Assembly (NCBI GenBank): GCA_049516875.1
Contig: JBEKSS010000003.1
Span: 96,001 to 160,000, forward strand
Direction: 5' to 3'
DNA: 64,000 bases
DNA from: Candidatus Bathyarchaeia archaeon
GTDB lineage: Archaea; Thermoproteota; Bathyarchaeia; Bathyarchaeales; Bathycorpusculaceae
Under the pieces are notes generated by a model. The model was not told where the DNA came from. It ran no database searches and was given only the letters and a program-made list of their open reading frames with translations. This document shows, piece after piece, positions 39,115-50,084 of the stretch; position 1 is the stretch's first letter, and the number at the start of each line of letters is the position of its first letter. A program made the translations under genes and the position numbers.

Positions 39115-40395
39115 ATGCCTAAGAATTACTGGGGTGAGATAAAGGATCCCGTGCACGGTTACGTGTACATTACTGAAGAGGAGAGAGCCCTTATTGATTC
39201 TTATCCTGTCCAGAGGCTACATAGGCTGCGTCAGCTTGCGGGCGCGGAGTATGTCTATCCTGGAGCAAATCACACGCGTTTTGAACACTCAATCGGCGTG
39301 ATGCACTTGGCCAGCAGCGTGGCTGAAAACCCCAACATTTCACAGTACATTGGTGAAGATGAAGCGGAAATGGTCAGGATTGCCGGTCTGCTTCATGACG
39401 TTGGACACGGGCCTTTTTCACACGTTTTTGAATATTTGCTCGACAAAGAGCTGAACCAGACACACGAGGACATTACCCTGTGGATAGTCAAGAACAGTGA
39501 ACTGAAAGACAGGTTGAAAAAGGCGGGTTACAGGCCGGAGGATGTTGGAAAACTGGCGGTCGGCAGACTTCACAGGCCTGGGAAGGCTTTCCTAGATCAG
39601 ATAATAAGCAGCGGGGTTGATGTGGACAAACTGGACTTCATAGTGCGTGACACGTACCACACGGGCGCGGAATATGGTTTCATCGACATTTTCAGGTTAA
39701 TCCACACGTTAGACGTGTTGGAGGGCAATTTGGCGGTTGACCTTGGCGCCTTGTCAGCCCTTGAATCCCTCATAATAGCCCGAATAGAATCCTTCAGGAG
39801 CATATACTTCCACCGCGTCGGAAGGGCAGCACAAATCATGCTTGCGATAGCAATGGAAAAAGCAAACGATGAACTTGGGTTGACGAGTTTCAAAACTCCA
39901 GAGGAATATCTGGCCATGGACGATTACACCGTTTGGACGATGCTAAAGAACTGCAAAAAATCAAGCGGAATCATAAGAGACCTTGAAAGGCGAAAGATGC
40001 TGAAATGCGCCTATGAAAGAACATTCTACGAAAAAGACGCGATGGTTTCGAACATTTTCAGCCGTGAAGCCAACAGAAAGCAGCTGCAAGCCGACATTGC
40101 AAATGAAGCGAAGGTTGACGCAGAAGCCGTTATCATAGACGTGCCCACCGTTCCATCCGTCCCGAATCATCACTCGGTCCTGATGGAAAACATGGAAATC
40201 CCCGTGTTCTACAAAACGCCGAAGGGCGAAAGAATCCCGCAGCGGCTAAGCGAGACTTCAAAGATATTCGAAACCCTCAGAGGCTTCATAAACATCCTGC
40301 GCGTCTACACTGAAGAGGAACACCGTGAAAAAGTCAACGCTGCAGCATCAAAGATTTTAGGCAGAATCCCCTCTTCAGCAAGAATATCCTACTAA
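39115..40395 (+). CDS. HD-domain phosphohydrolase (SAMHD1/dNTPase-like)
   Basis: QRL.RLRQL, HTRFEHS, LLHDVGHGPFSH, DVDKLD and YFH. Confidence 0.93.
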   Translation: MPKNYWGEIKDPVHGYVYITEEERALIDSYPVQRLHRLRQLAGAEYVYPGANHTRFEHSIGVMHLASSVAENPNISQYIGEDEAEMVRIAGLLHDVGHGPFSHVFEYLLDKELNQTHEDITLWIVKNSELKDRLKKAGYRPEDVGKLAVGRLHRPGKAFLDQIISSGVDVDKLDFIVRDTYHTGAEYGFIDIFRLIHTLDVLEGNLAVDLGALSALESLIIARIESFRSIYFHRVGRAAQIMLAIAMEKANDELGLTSFKTPEEYLAMDDYTVWTMLKNCKKSSGIIRDLERRKMLKCAYERTFYEKDAMVSNIFSREANRKQLQADIANEAKVDAEAVIIDVPTVPSVPNHHSVLMENMEIPVFYKTPKGERIPQRLSETSKIFETLRGFINILRVYTEEEHREKVNAAASKILGRIPSSARISY

Positions 40396-40408
40396 AGCGT
40401 GCCAGAAG

Positions 40409-40837
40409 ATGCAACTTCTAACGTTAAAGGGCCGAAAAATCGTGGAAGGAACATGTACGTCAGAAGCCCTTGTGAGCACAAAACCAATCAGCTTTTTGGG
40501 CGGAGTTGACCCGGCTGACGGAAAAATAATTGAAAAGAACCACGACCTCTGTGGCGCATGTATAAAAGACAAGGTTCTGGTCTTCCCACACGGACACGGC
40601 TCCACGGTGGGCAGCTACGTGATGTACTCATTGGCCAAGAAAGGCTTAGCACCCGCAGCCATCATCAACCAAACAGCCGACCCCGTGGTTGTGGTCGGTG
40701 CGATTATAGCTAACATCCCGATGATAGACCGAATCGACATTAAACAAATTAAAACAGGCGACACCGTTGAAGTTGACGGCTACAAAGGCGTCGCAAGAAT
40801 CTCAAAACAGAAGGAGAACCGAAGCGCGTGTACTTGA
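40409..40837 (+). CDS. Aconitase X swivel subunit (DUF126; phosphomevalonate dehydratase small subunit)
   Basis: ISFLGGVDP and GSTVGSYV. Confidence 0.9.
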   Translation: MQLLTLKGRKIVEGTCTSEALVSTKPISFLGGVDPADGKIIEKNHDLCGACIKDKVLVFPHGHGSTVGSYVMYSLAKKGLAPAAIINQTADPVVVVGAIIANIPMIDRIDIKQIKTGDTVEVDGYKGVARISKQKENRSACT

Positions 40838-42000
40838 CGCAAGAGGAAGAGCGCGTTTGCGACGGCGAGAGCGGCTGGGCAAACCAGACCTGCATGGAAA
40901 TACTCGTACGTTTGGGCGAGCTGTTCGGTGCAGATAAACTCATACCAATAGCCTCAGCACATGTTTCGGGAGTCTCATACAAAACACTGGGCGACGCCCC
41001 AATCGAGTTTCTGAAAGCCCTAGCTGACGATGACGCGAGAGTAAAAGTCAGAACCACTTTGAACCCGCAAAGCCTTGACTCCCAGTACCTTGTGAAGAGA
41101 CTTCCAAAGCGTCTACGGGAGCCCCAATTAGATATTTTGAAGCAGTTTGAAAAAATGGGTTTAACACAGTCTTTGACGTGCACACCGTACTACTTGCAGA
41201 AGCCAAAACGCGGCTCACACCACGCTTGGGCCGAGTCTTCAGCCGTGGTCTACGCCAATTCAGTCTTGGGCGCATGGACAAACCGTGAGGGCGGACCGAG
41301 CGCCCTTGCGGCAGCGATAATTGGAAAGACACCAGATTATGGAGTTCACAAAATGGAAAACCGGCAGCCAAACGTCACGGTGAATGTGGAGACTGTGCTG
41401 CGAAACGAAACAGAACTCGGAGCACTAGGAATCCTTTTGGGCAAAACGCTGGGAAACAGAATACCAGCGATTCAAGGCCTGCCAAAAACCTCAAAAGACG
41501 ACTTAAAGCAGGTTTGCGCCGCCCTTGGTACTACAGGAATGGCAAACATGTTTCATCTCAACACAGGCCCGAAGAGCAAAGGAACCGAGAGGATAAGTGT
41601 GGACCGACAGCAGATCAAACATACTATCGGAGAACTGTCCACAGCCTCAACCTCTAAGCCTGACTTGGTCTTTCTCGGATGCCCACACTGTTCGCTGAAC
41701 GAGGTGAAACGAATCGCTCAACTTGTCGAAGGGAAGAGAGTGAGAACTGGAACGGAGTTTTGGGTTTGCACCTCCTGTCACGTCAGACGAATGGCCGGTG
41801 ACTGCGTGAAGAGGATAGAAAGGGCTGGAGGACACGTGCTCGATGGCGTCTGCACGGTCGTCTCATGGACCGAAGAACTTGGAATAAAAAGGATAATGAC
41901 AAACTCGGCCAAAACAGCCTATTACGCGCCCACACTGAACAAGGCTGAACCCCTACTTGCGCCACTGCAAGACTGTCTGAAAGCAGCGTTGCAAGGATAA
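40828..42000 (+). CDS. Aconitase X catalytic subunit (DUF521; phosphomevalonate dehydratase large subunit)
   Basis: SGVSY, TCTPY, WAESSA, GCPH and TNSAK. Confidence 0.9.
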   Translation: MYLTQEEERVCDGESGWANQTCMEILVRLGELFGADKLIPIASAHVSGVSYKTLGDAPIEFLKALADDDARVKVRTTLNPQSLDSQYLVKRLPKRLREPQLDILKQFEKMGLTQSLTCTPYYLQKPKRGSHHAWAESSAVVYANSVLGAWTNREGGPSALAAAIIGKTPDYGVHKMENRQPNVTVNVETVLRNETELGALGILLGKTLGNRIPAIQGLPKTSKDDLKQVCAALGTTGMANMFHLNTGPKSKGTERISVDRQQIKHTIGELSTASTSKPDLVFLGCPHCSLNEVKRIAQLVEGKRVRTGTEFWVCTSCHVRRMAGDCVKRIERAGGHVLDGVCTVVSWTEELGIKRIMTNSAKTAYYAPTLNKAEPLLAPLQDCLKAALQG

Positions 42001-42049
42001 GGTTTATTCGAACGAAGACCTACTCAGCATGATGCTTCCGGGCGGCAGA

Positions 42050-42127
42050 GCTCCGGTAGTATAGCCCGGTTAAGTATTCCGGCCTTTCGAGCCGGAGACC
42101 CGGGTCCAAATCCCGGCCGGAGCACCA
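42050..42127 (+). tRNA. tRNA-Glu(TTC)
   Basis: GCTCCGG/CCGGAGC acceptor, CCGGC-CTTTCGA-GCCGG anticodon arm, encoded CCA. Confidence 0.95.
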
Positions 42128-42463
42128 CATTATTCAGCCTTAATTCGCACCTATTTTGTCCAAAAAGGCTCAGTTTGAGTTGCTTTGGAAGCATGGCTGA
42201 AATCGGAGCGCGACTTTACTGGCAAAAACATTCAGAATTCACCATGATTCCGCTTCTCTCTCAACTTGACGGCAGGAGTCTCGAACTCCTCGGATAGCGA
42301 TTAGTGGTTGAAAAACCAGCAACTCTGATTCAGGCAGCCGAAGTTAGTTAAACATTTTCGCAGCAGGCATCTGATGAAACTATTGAACCTGAATGTATCA
42401 AACTCAACATTCAAATACAAGTGCGAACTATCGAGTAAGCTTCAAAGGGGAAGGTGGAAATCA

Positions 42464-43999
42464 ATGGCCAGGAATTTGGTGTCAGACTACAAGAGGCTGA
42501 TGGAGAAAGCCAAGGACCTTGCTGTTTTGCAGTCAACGGAATCTATTATGGGCTGGGATATGGAGACGATGATGCCGCCGAAGGCCATCAAACTGCGCAG
42601 CCAGCAACTCTCCTTGCTCAGCATAGTTGAGCACAAGATGAGCACTGACCCAGAGATTGGAGCCTTGCTGCAGGAGGTCAAACGAAACTCAGAATATGAC
42701 AAGCTTGACGAGGTGCAAAAAAGAAACGCCTACCTCATACAGAAACGCTACGACGAGCAGACGAAGCTTCCCGAAGAACTTGTGGCGGAGATTGCAAAAC
42801 AACAGGCCTTGACCATTGACATATGGAAGAAGGCCAAAGCGGCCAAGGACTATTCCATGTTCAGGCCAGAACTTGAGAAACTTGTTGAACTGCAAAAGAA
42901 AGCCGCAGGCATTTTGATGAAGGTGAAAGAAACGGCAACACCCTACGACGCGCTGATAGACATTTACGAAGCCAAGATGACCGCCAAGGCAATCACCAAG
43001 ATCTTCGATGAGCTCAGAGAAGGACTGGTTAAGCTGCTGAAAAAGTGCCAGAGTTCTCCTAAACAGCCGGATCCAAGCATTCTGAAGCGCAACGTCCCAA
43101 TTGACGTACAACGCAAGATTGCAGTGGCACTCGCAGAAGCCGTGGGATACGATGTGACTTCAAAACAGGCAGGAGGAAGAATCGACACCACTGAGCACCC
43201 GTTCACGACAGGCTACTACGACGACGTGAGAATAACCACGCACTATTATGAGAATCTCTTCGCGTCCTCCATCTTTTCAGTTCTGCATGAAGCAGGACAC
43301 GCCATGTACGAACAGAACCTTAGGCAAGAGTGGATGTACCAACCGGTCGGCAATGCCGCCTCATCCGGCTTCCACGAGTCTCAATCCCGCGTGGTGGAGA
43401 ACATGGTGGGCCGATCACGCGAGTTCTGGACGTATTTTCTGCCAAAGCTCAAACAAGTTGCCGGCAGCACACTGTCAGGGTTGGAACTGGACAAGTTTGT
43501 TCACGCCATAAACCAGGTCAAACCCTCAAAAATCCGCGTTGAGGCAGACGAAGTCACGTACGGACTACACATAATAATAAGGTTCAACATTGAACGCGAC
43601 CTCTTCACCAACAAAATAGCTGTCAGGGAACTCCCTGAAATATGGAACCAAGGCTACGAAGAATATCTAGGCATAAAGGTTGAAAACGACTCTGAAGGTG
43701 TAATGCAAGACACTCACTGGGCCGGCGGAATGTTTGGCTATTTCCCAAGCTATGCGTTGGGCAACATCTACGGCGGACAAATACTCGCGGCGATGGAGAA
43801 GACTTTGCCAGACTGGCGAAAACGGCTAGCGAAAGGCAACTTCAACGACATGAAACAGTGGCTCAACAAAAACGTTCACAGCCAAGGATACCTCTACGAC
43901 CCCGCCGACCTTATCAAGAAAATTGCCGGAACAGAACTAAACATCAAACCGTACTTAAGCTACTTGAACGAGAAGTACTCGGAACTCTACGGTTTCTAA
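42464..43999 (+). CDS. M32 carboxypeptidase (Taq-type)
   Basis: HPF, DVRITT, HEAGH, HESQS, IRVEAD and YFPSY. Confidence 0.95.
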   Translation: MARNLVSDYKRLMEKAKDLAVLQSTESIMGWDMETMMPPKAIKLRSQQLSLLSIVEHKMSTDPEIGALLQEVKRNSEYDKLDEVQKRNAYLIQKRYDEQTKLPEELVAEIAKQQALTIDIWKKAKAAKDYSMFRPELEKLVELQKKAAGILMKVKETATPYDALIDIYEAKMTAKAITKIFDELREGLVKLLKKCQSSPKQPDPSILKRNVPIDVQRKIAVALAEAVGYDVTSKQAGGRIDTTEHPFTTGYYDDVRITTHYYENLFASSIFSVLHEAGHAMYEQNLRQEWMYQPVGNAASSGFHESQSRVVENMVGRSREFWTYFLPKLKQVAGSTLSGLELDKFVHAINQVKPSKIRVEADEVTYGLHIIIRFNIERDLFTNKIAVRELPEIWNQGYEEYLGIKVENDSEGVMQDTHWAGGMFGYFPSYALGNIYGGQILAAMEKTLPDWRKRLAKGNFNDMKQWLNKNVHSQGYLYDPADLIKKIAGTELNIKPYLSYLNEKYSELYGF

Positions 44000-44368
44000 T
44001 CAGACACGCACCTCGCCTGAGGCAAGCATATTCCCAGAAACACGTATATGAAAATCCTTTCGGCAAACAAGCCCAAACACACCAACCGACAACAGCGCCT
44101 GCTATAGACTCAAATCCGAACCCAAAACGACAGACACCGGCGCACAAACCGCTTTGGACACACGCCACAACCAACCTCAGATAGCCAGGCCTCTTTAAGC
44201 TTTCCAGCGCACTTGCAGACAACGTCACGAACGTGCCGAAAAAGCTTCGACGCCCTCATCTCATACCGACACTCCAATGCACAATCGTCCAACACTTGAC
44301 TTTTGCACTGTCTGTTTCCGACAGTGTTATATACATGGTACGCATTCGGATAGCATGTGTGATTGTAA

Positions 44369-45823
44369 ATGTCGGAACACAACGTGAAAAAGCCGGAAAC
44401 AAGAGAAGAGTTTATCGACATGCTCGTGGGAGCCGCGAAGAAAGCTGCTGAAGACCGCGGTGTCCCGAAAGCTAAACCGACAAAACCCACAGTTCTTGGA
44501 ACGGCTGACGTATTAAACATACATAGAGACACCCTTTATGCGTGGCTCAAAGAGTTCAATGTTGATTTCAAAGAGATATCAGACAATCTTCCGACAGATG
44601 TTATGTCGGAATATGGAGATGCAAAGGGGAGGGTTTATTTGATTGGGGAAGCCCTTGTCGGAGAAGGCAATGAAGTTGCCCACATCGATCTTCTAATAGG
44701 CGACAAGAACGGGCCGGTCGGAGACGCGTTTGCTCAAGGCATGTGCAATCTTTCGGCAGGACACACACCGCTTTTGGCGGTAATACGTCCCAATCTTCCT
44801 CCTAAACCGTACACGCTTCTCGTGCCCAAAGTCACTACAAAGAATATCGAAGATGTGAACAAGATCTTCGGCCCCGCTCAGGCTGCAGTGGCGAAGGCCG
44901 TTGCGGACGCCGTTGAAGACGGAATAATTCCAAAAGACAAGATTGATGATTGGGTGATCGTGTGCAGTGTCTTTGTTCATCCGGCAGCAAGCGACTTTCG
45001 AAAGATTTATCAGTACAATTACGGAGCAACGAAGCTGGCTTTGAAACGGGCCCTAGCGAAGTATCCGTCGTTGGAGAAGATGTTCTACGACAAGGACAGA
45101 GCCAAACACCCGATAATGGGATTCAAAGTGCCACGTCTGTGGCGACCGCCATACCTGCAAATCGCACTTGACAATCCTGAATTGGACAGTGCAAAGAAAG
45201 TCATAGCTCAGCTACCGGGAAGCGACAGGATAATCATCGAAGTGGGCACGCCGCTTATCAAGAGATACGGAACAAAAGTGATAAACGAACTCAGAGAAGC
45301 GGCCAAGAGCATGTTCTTCGTTGCAGATCTTAAAACACTGGACGTTGGAAAAGTCGAGGTTGACCTTGCCTACGACGAAACAGCAGACGCCGTGGTTGCC
45401 GCAGGACTCGCGCCCCCAGAAACCCTCGACGCATTCATCCACGAAGCAAAAAGACTGGCAACGTACGCGGTCGTGGACATGCTGAACGTGGAAGACCCCC
45501 TTAAGAAGCTAAAGTCTCTCAAAGAATTTCCAGACATCGTGATTTTGCACAGAGGAATTGATCAAGAAACGGGAAGAGCACACGGACTTGAAATCATCCC
45601 CGAAATACGCCAAACATTCAAGGACAAGAAATTCCTCATCGCCGTAGCGGGCGGAATAGTGCCGGAAACGGCAAAAGAAGCCCTGCAAAAAGGTGCAGAC
45701 ATAATCATCGTCGGACGATACATAACCCAGTCAAAAGACATTGAACGCGCAGTGAGAGACTTCCTAGAAGCAACACCCGAAATGCTAGAAGACATCGACC
45801 TGTTCAGGGTGCACGTAGAATAG
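44369..45823 (+). CDS. fae-hps: Bifunctional formaldehyde-activating enzyme/3-hexulose-6-phosphate synthase with extra N-terminal HTH
   Basis: GEALVGEGNEVAHIDL and FGPAQAAVA (Fae); LQIALD, EVGTP, DLKT.D, HRGID and VAGG (Hps). Confidence 0.92.
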   Translation: MSEHNVKKPETREEFIDMLVGAAKKAAEDRGVPKAKPTKPTVLGTADVLNIHRDTLYAWLKEFNVDFKEISDNLPTDVMSEYGDAKGRVYLIGEALVGEGNEVAHIDLLIGDKNGPVGDAFAQGMCNLSAGHTPLLAVIRPNLPPKPYTLLVPKVTTKNIEDVNKIFGPAQAAVAKAVADAVEDGIIPKDKIDDWVIVCSVFVHPAASDFRKIYQYNYGATKLALKRALAKYPSLEKMFYDKDRAKHPIMGFKVPRLWRPPYLQIALDNPELDSAKKVIAQLPGSDRIIIEVGTPLIKRYGTKVINELREAAKSMFFVADLKTLDVGKVEVDLAYDETADAVVAAGLAPPETLDAFIHEAKRLATYAVVDMLNVEDPLKKLKSLKEFPDIVILHRGIDQETGRAHGLEIIPEIRQTFKDKKFLIAVAGGIVPETAKEALQKGADIIIVGRYITQSKDIERAVRDFLEATPEMLEDIDLFRVHVE

Positions 45824-45843
45824 ACGTGCCCACCTTTCCAAGA

Positions 45844-47040
45844 TTATGCAAAGAGTTTGAAGAAAACGAATGCAACGAAGAAGATTAAGCCAGCAACGAC
45901 AAATACGTCAAGAAAACCCAAAGCCTGGGCGATGAAAGGACCTGCAAAGGAGCCGAAGGCTCCTCCCATGCCTATCAAAACATTGATCAAACCCGCCTTG
46001 CCCGCTGGTATGAGCTCCATTGACAATGAGAGAATATGCACCATGAAAACTGCAAAGAGAAACCCCATCAGAATCAGAATACCAGTTGTTAGCAGCACGC
46101 TAAAAGATGAGACCTGCAGAGCTGCGAGCAGTGTGAAGGCGAGTAGACCTCGACCCAACACCAGCCCGCCTACGAAGCGTTTTCCATTCCACTCTTCCGA
46201 CCTTCTGCCGACCAAGGTGTAACCCGTTATGGCTCCTCCGGAACTCAGAACGAAGATAGCGAAGACAACCCCTGCTGGCAAGTCTACGGCGATATGGTTA
46301 ACGAAAACGGGAAGAGGCGTGAACAATATACTCGTGGCCAGCGAGAAAAACACGAGTCCACAGCAGAAGGCGGTCACGTTCTCCCTTTTCAACCTTTCAT
46401 CCAGAGCCATGCCATCCATCATCTTTGAAGCCAGAAAAATGCCATGAGACGCAAAGTCAACAGTCTTCTCAATGCTAACCAAGCTTCTTTCAAAAACCAA
46501 AGGCGGGTCTACCACAAATATTGCAGAGAGAACAAAAGCTACCAAGTTCAATCCTGCGACCAAAAACAGCGTGTTAGCTGTACCAAAGCCGTAAGTTGAG
46601 GCGAAGAAGCCTAACACTAGGCCGATTAGCGATCCGACCTCCGTGAAACCTTCATAGAAAGCAAAGTTCTTTCTCCACTCGTGATGAGAATACAGTTCAG
46701 AGATCAGGACGTTCTTAGGAGCCTCGTGAGCCACGTGGAAAATGGACATCACTGCATAGAGCACAGTCAACAGGACGATGTCTTTAGTAAAGGTGAAGAG
46801 GCAGAGCATGACGGTTGAAGCGAGGAATGCGAGAAGGATGTAGCGTTTGTAGTGCCTTGTTTTGTCGCACAGGTAGCCCCAGAAGAATGAGGCTGGGATA
46901 GCTGCAAACAGGGCGATACCGGCCATCACTCCGACCCAGAACAGCCCGTCAGCCTCCCTTATTAAAACCACGTACAACGGCAGGAAAATGGACAGTAACC
47001 CGAAGCCCATTTCGTGGAAGAAGAACCCAAGCCGCCACAT
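45844..47040 (-). CDS. MFS transporter
   Basis: WGYLCDKT motif A and about 12 TM helices. Confidence 0.9.
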   Translation of the reverse strand: MWRLGFFFHEMGFGLLSIFLPLYVVLIREADGLFWVGVMAGIALFAAIPASFFWGYLCDKTRHYKRYILLAFLASTVMLCLFTFTKDIVLLTVLYAVMSIFHVAHEAPKNVLISELYSHHEWRKNFAFYEGFTEVGSLIGLVLGFFASTYGFGTANTLFLVAGLNLVAFVLSAIFVVDPPLVFERSLVSIEKTVDFASHGIFLASKMMDGMALDERLKRENVTAFCCGLVFFSLATSILFTPLPVFVNHIAVDLPAGVVFAIFVLSSGGAITGYTLVGRRSEEWNGKRFVGGLVLGRGLLAFTLLAALQVSSFSVLLTTGILILMGFLFAVFMVHILSLSMELIPAGKAGLINVLIGMGGAFGSFAGPFIAQALGFLDVFVVAGLIFFVAFVFFKLFA

Positions 47041-47580
47041 AGCCAGAAAACGTCCTCAAAGTGAGATTAAAACTTTTGTCCTTTCCTCCTGAATTCTGTA
47101 CAATCTGGGGGCGTGAGAGACTCCACCTCAACAGCGGAAACGCGTCGAGTTTCTATCGCGCCAACTGATGCATAGCCTGAAGGAATTACTCTTTCCGGAT
47201 TCACTCACGTTGACAGTCATCCCCCCATTGCTTCATATTGCCTGTTTGTGTACTTGACTTATTTCATTATCACCTTCTAGTAATAGCTGTTAATCACGCT
47301 CGATCTATAGAACAACAAGAAAAATTCCAAGGCAGACTCCAAATAACTACAAAACTAACGAGTCCAACTCTGACGATGATTCATCTATTAGTAACAATGT
47401 TCATTTACATCACTTTATTCATAGCAGCCCTAATTCTAGCTTACATGGTTAATCTTATGTAGTCATCACCCGACAGTTAACAAGGACAACCATCACCCAC
47501 CAAGTTAACAGAACCCAAACACGCAATTCTTAATAGAGAGATGCCCAACTTTCATAACACTGCCGGAGAGTTCATCGATA

Positions 47581-48054
47581 ATGGCAAAGTTCAAAGTGAT
47601 CGTTTCAGATCCGGAAGCTGGGACTTCAAAGGTAGTGGAGCTTGAAGAAGCACGAGCAGCACCGCTCATCGGCAGGAGAATAGGCGAAGTGATAGACGGC
47701 TCAATCGTCGACCTGCCAGGACACAAAGCCCAAATCAGGGGAGGCTCAGACAAAGATGGGTTCCCCATGAGACCAAGCGTGCACGGCGGCGTTCGCCGAA
47801 GAATCGTCCTAAGCGGGGGAGTTGGGTTCAATCCACTGAACGAAGGATCAAGAAGACGCAAAACAGTCCGCGGCAACGTGATAACGGAGGAAATCGTCCA
47901 AATAAACATGAAAATCACGGAAAAACCAAAACAAACCAAAGAAACCAAAAAAACAAAGGAAAAGAAAGAAGAAAAACCAGCACCGCAAAAAGAAGCACAA
48001 ACCACAAAAACAGCCAGCACCCAGCAACAACCCGACACCACTCAAAAAACCTGA
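47581..48054 (+). CDS. rps6e: 30S ribosomal protein S6e
   Basis: GGSDKDGFPM and RRRKTVRGN; low-complexity C-terminal tail. Confidence 0.96.
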   Translation: MAKFKVIVSDPEAGTSKVVELEEARAAPLIGRRIGEVIDGSIVDLPGHKAQIRGGSDKDGFPMRPSVHGGVRRRIVLSGGVGFNPLNEGSRRRKTVRGNVITEEIVQINMKITEKPKQTKETKKTKEKKEEKPAPQKEAQTTKTASTQQQPDTTQKT

Positions 48055-48598
48055 CACCCACCGTCAAACCTCGCCGGTTTAAGTTTCAACCGCGCTCAGG
48101 GCACAGCACTCTTTTTGAGCGAAAGAACGGAACATCTTCGTGGTTTTATCTTTATTCACACAATCCCACGGGACAAGATACGCTTGGAGCGGGCATGTGT
48201 GGTCCTAAATTCAGTTTCTTGAGTGCGATACAGTTGGTCGCACCTTCTGAACAATGCTTCTTATGTTCAGAGGTGCCTTACCATCTATAGACGAAGCAAA
48301 CTAAAATAAACTGCCTCGCAAACGAATTTAGGAACAGACATGCGTCTAACTGCTTGTAAGCACAAGCTACATTTTAGACAAGTTTCAAACGCTGGACTAA
48401 GAGGAAACAGCGAAGATCAAAAATAGTGCGCGTATTATCAAAGAAGACAATGTTAACGAAGTCTGGTGGAGAATATTGGGCATCGTCTGGGATATTAAAT
48501 CAAAAACATGACACGACCTTTGTTGAGCAGCCAACATTTATTAACTCGCACATTTTATTCCTTCAATAATTCGTAAACATTTATGGGAAAAGTAGAGA

Positions 48599-49846
48599 AT
48601 GAGCAGCGAAAAACCCACAGTCCTAGCGCGTCAGCCCGAAATAAACATCGGAACAATGGGCCACGTTGACCATGGCAAGACAACACTAGTGCAGGCTCTG
48701 ACAGGCGTCTGGGCGTCAAGGCACAGCGAAGAACTCAAGAGAGGCATAACAATCAAGCTGGGCTACGCTGACATGCCAGTTTACAGATGTCCAAAGTGTG
48801 AACCGCCCAAAAACTACACGACAAAACCTGTCTGCCCTGCATGCGGCTGCAAAGCAGTTTTCGTAAGAGCGGTCAGCTTCGTCGATGCTCCGGGACACGA
48901 AGCCTTGATGGCAACCATGCTTTCGGGAGCAGCCATCATGGACGGAGCCATACTTGTCATAGCCGCAGACGAGCCGTGTCCCCAGCCGCAAACAAGAGAA
49001 CACCTGGCCGCAGCCAACGTCATAGGAATAAGAAACATCATCATCGTCCAAAACAAGATCGACATCGTCGACGAGAAAAGGGCACACCAAAGCTACGCGG
49101 AAATCAAGAACTTCGTAAAGGGAACAGTCGCTGAAGACGCGCCTATAATCCCAATCTCAGCACAGAGAGGAATAAACACAGACATCTTGCTCCAAGCCAT
49201 GGAAGAGCTCATGCCCACACCAAAAAGAGACGAAACAAAACCTCCCTTCATGTACGTTGTCCGTTCATTCGACATCAACAGACCAGGCACGACCATCGAC
49301 AAACTTGAGGGTGGAGTCATCGGAGGCACGATAGTCGAAGGCAAACTCAAAGTCGGAGACGAACTAGAAATCCGCCCCGGAATAGCTGCTGCCGAGGGAA
49401 AAAACACTTACACCCCACTGCACAGCGAAATCGTCAGCCTGCAAGCTGGAGGAAAAAAGGTCGAAGAAGCCCACTGCGGCGGCCTCGTAGGCATAGGCAC
49501 ACTCCTAGACCCCTCATACTCAAAAGCGGACGGCCTGACAGGAAACATCGCCGGAAAAACAGAGATGCTCCCACCCATACTCACAGAACTGACCCTGGAA
49601 ACACAAATCCTCGACCGCGCCGTCGGAACAAAAGAACTCATGAAAATAGAAGAAGTGAGCATGAACGAAACCCTACTCCTACACGTAGGCGCAGCGATAA
49701 CCGTTGGAAAAGTAGCCTCCATAAGAAAAGACACCGTTCTAATCAAACTCACCCGCCCAGTCTGCGCCCAAACCGCCTCAAGAGTCGCACTGAGCAGAAA
49801 AATCGCAGGCAGATGGAGACTCATAGGCTACGGAACGATAAGGTAA
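48599..49846 (+). CDS. eif2g: Translation initiation factor 2 gamma
   Basis: GHVDHGKT, RGITIKLGY, DAPGHE, NKID and RWRLIG. Confidence 0.98.
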   Translation: MSSEKPTVLARQPEINIGTMGHVDHGKTTLVQALTGVWASRHSEELKRGITIKLGYADMPVYRCPKCEPPKNYTTKPVCPACGCKAVFVRAVSFVDAPGHEALMATMLSGAAIMDGAILVIAADEPCPQPQTREHLAAANVIGIRNIIIVQNKIDIVDEKRAHQSYAEIKNFVKGTVAEDAPIIPISAQRGINTDILLQAMEELMPTPKRDETKPPFMYVVRSFDINRPGTTIDKLEGGVIGGTIVEGKLKVGDELEIRPGIAAAEGKNTYTPLHSEIVSLQAGGKKVEEAHCGGLVGIGTLLDPSYSKADGLTGNIAGKTEMLPPILTELTLETQILDRAVGTKELMKIEEVSMNETLLLHVGAAITVGKVASIRKDTVLIKLTRPVCAQTASRVALSRKIAGRWRLIGYGTIR

Positions 49847-50084
49847 ACAAAAATCTATACGTGCCCTTCTAGCGCGCAAGACTGGTTTGCTGGTTACCGG
49901 TCTCTTTTGAGCCAACCTTTGATTCCAAGCTCCTCGACTATATTGGTTACTGGTTCCGGTTCGTGCGACTTACAATTGCCGTCTTCATCTATGTAAAGCA
50001 TCTTTCGTTTCAGTTGGAATTCTCCTTGTTTTCGGCCTCAGAACGACTTCCACCTCTTCAGTCCTCGCGCACGCACTCTATCGC

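Noticed and set aside
47238-47462. AT-rich small hydrophobic ORF
   Set aside because: Weak start and no motif; hydrophobicity may simply reflect AT-richness
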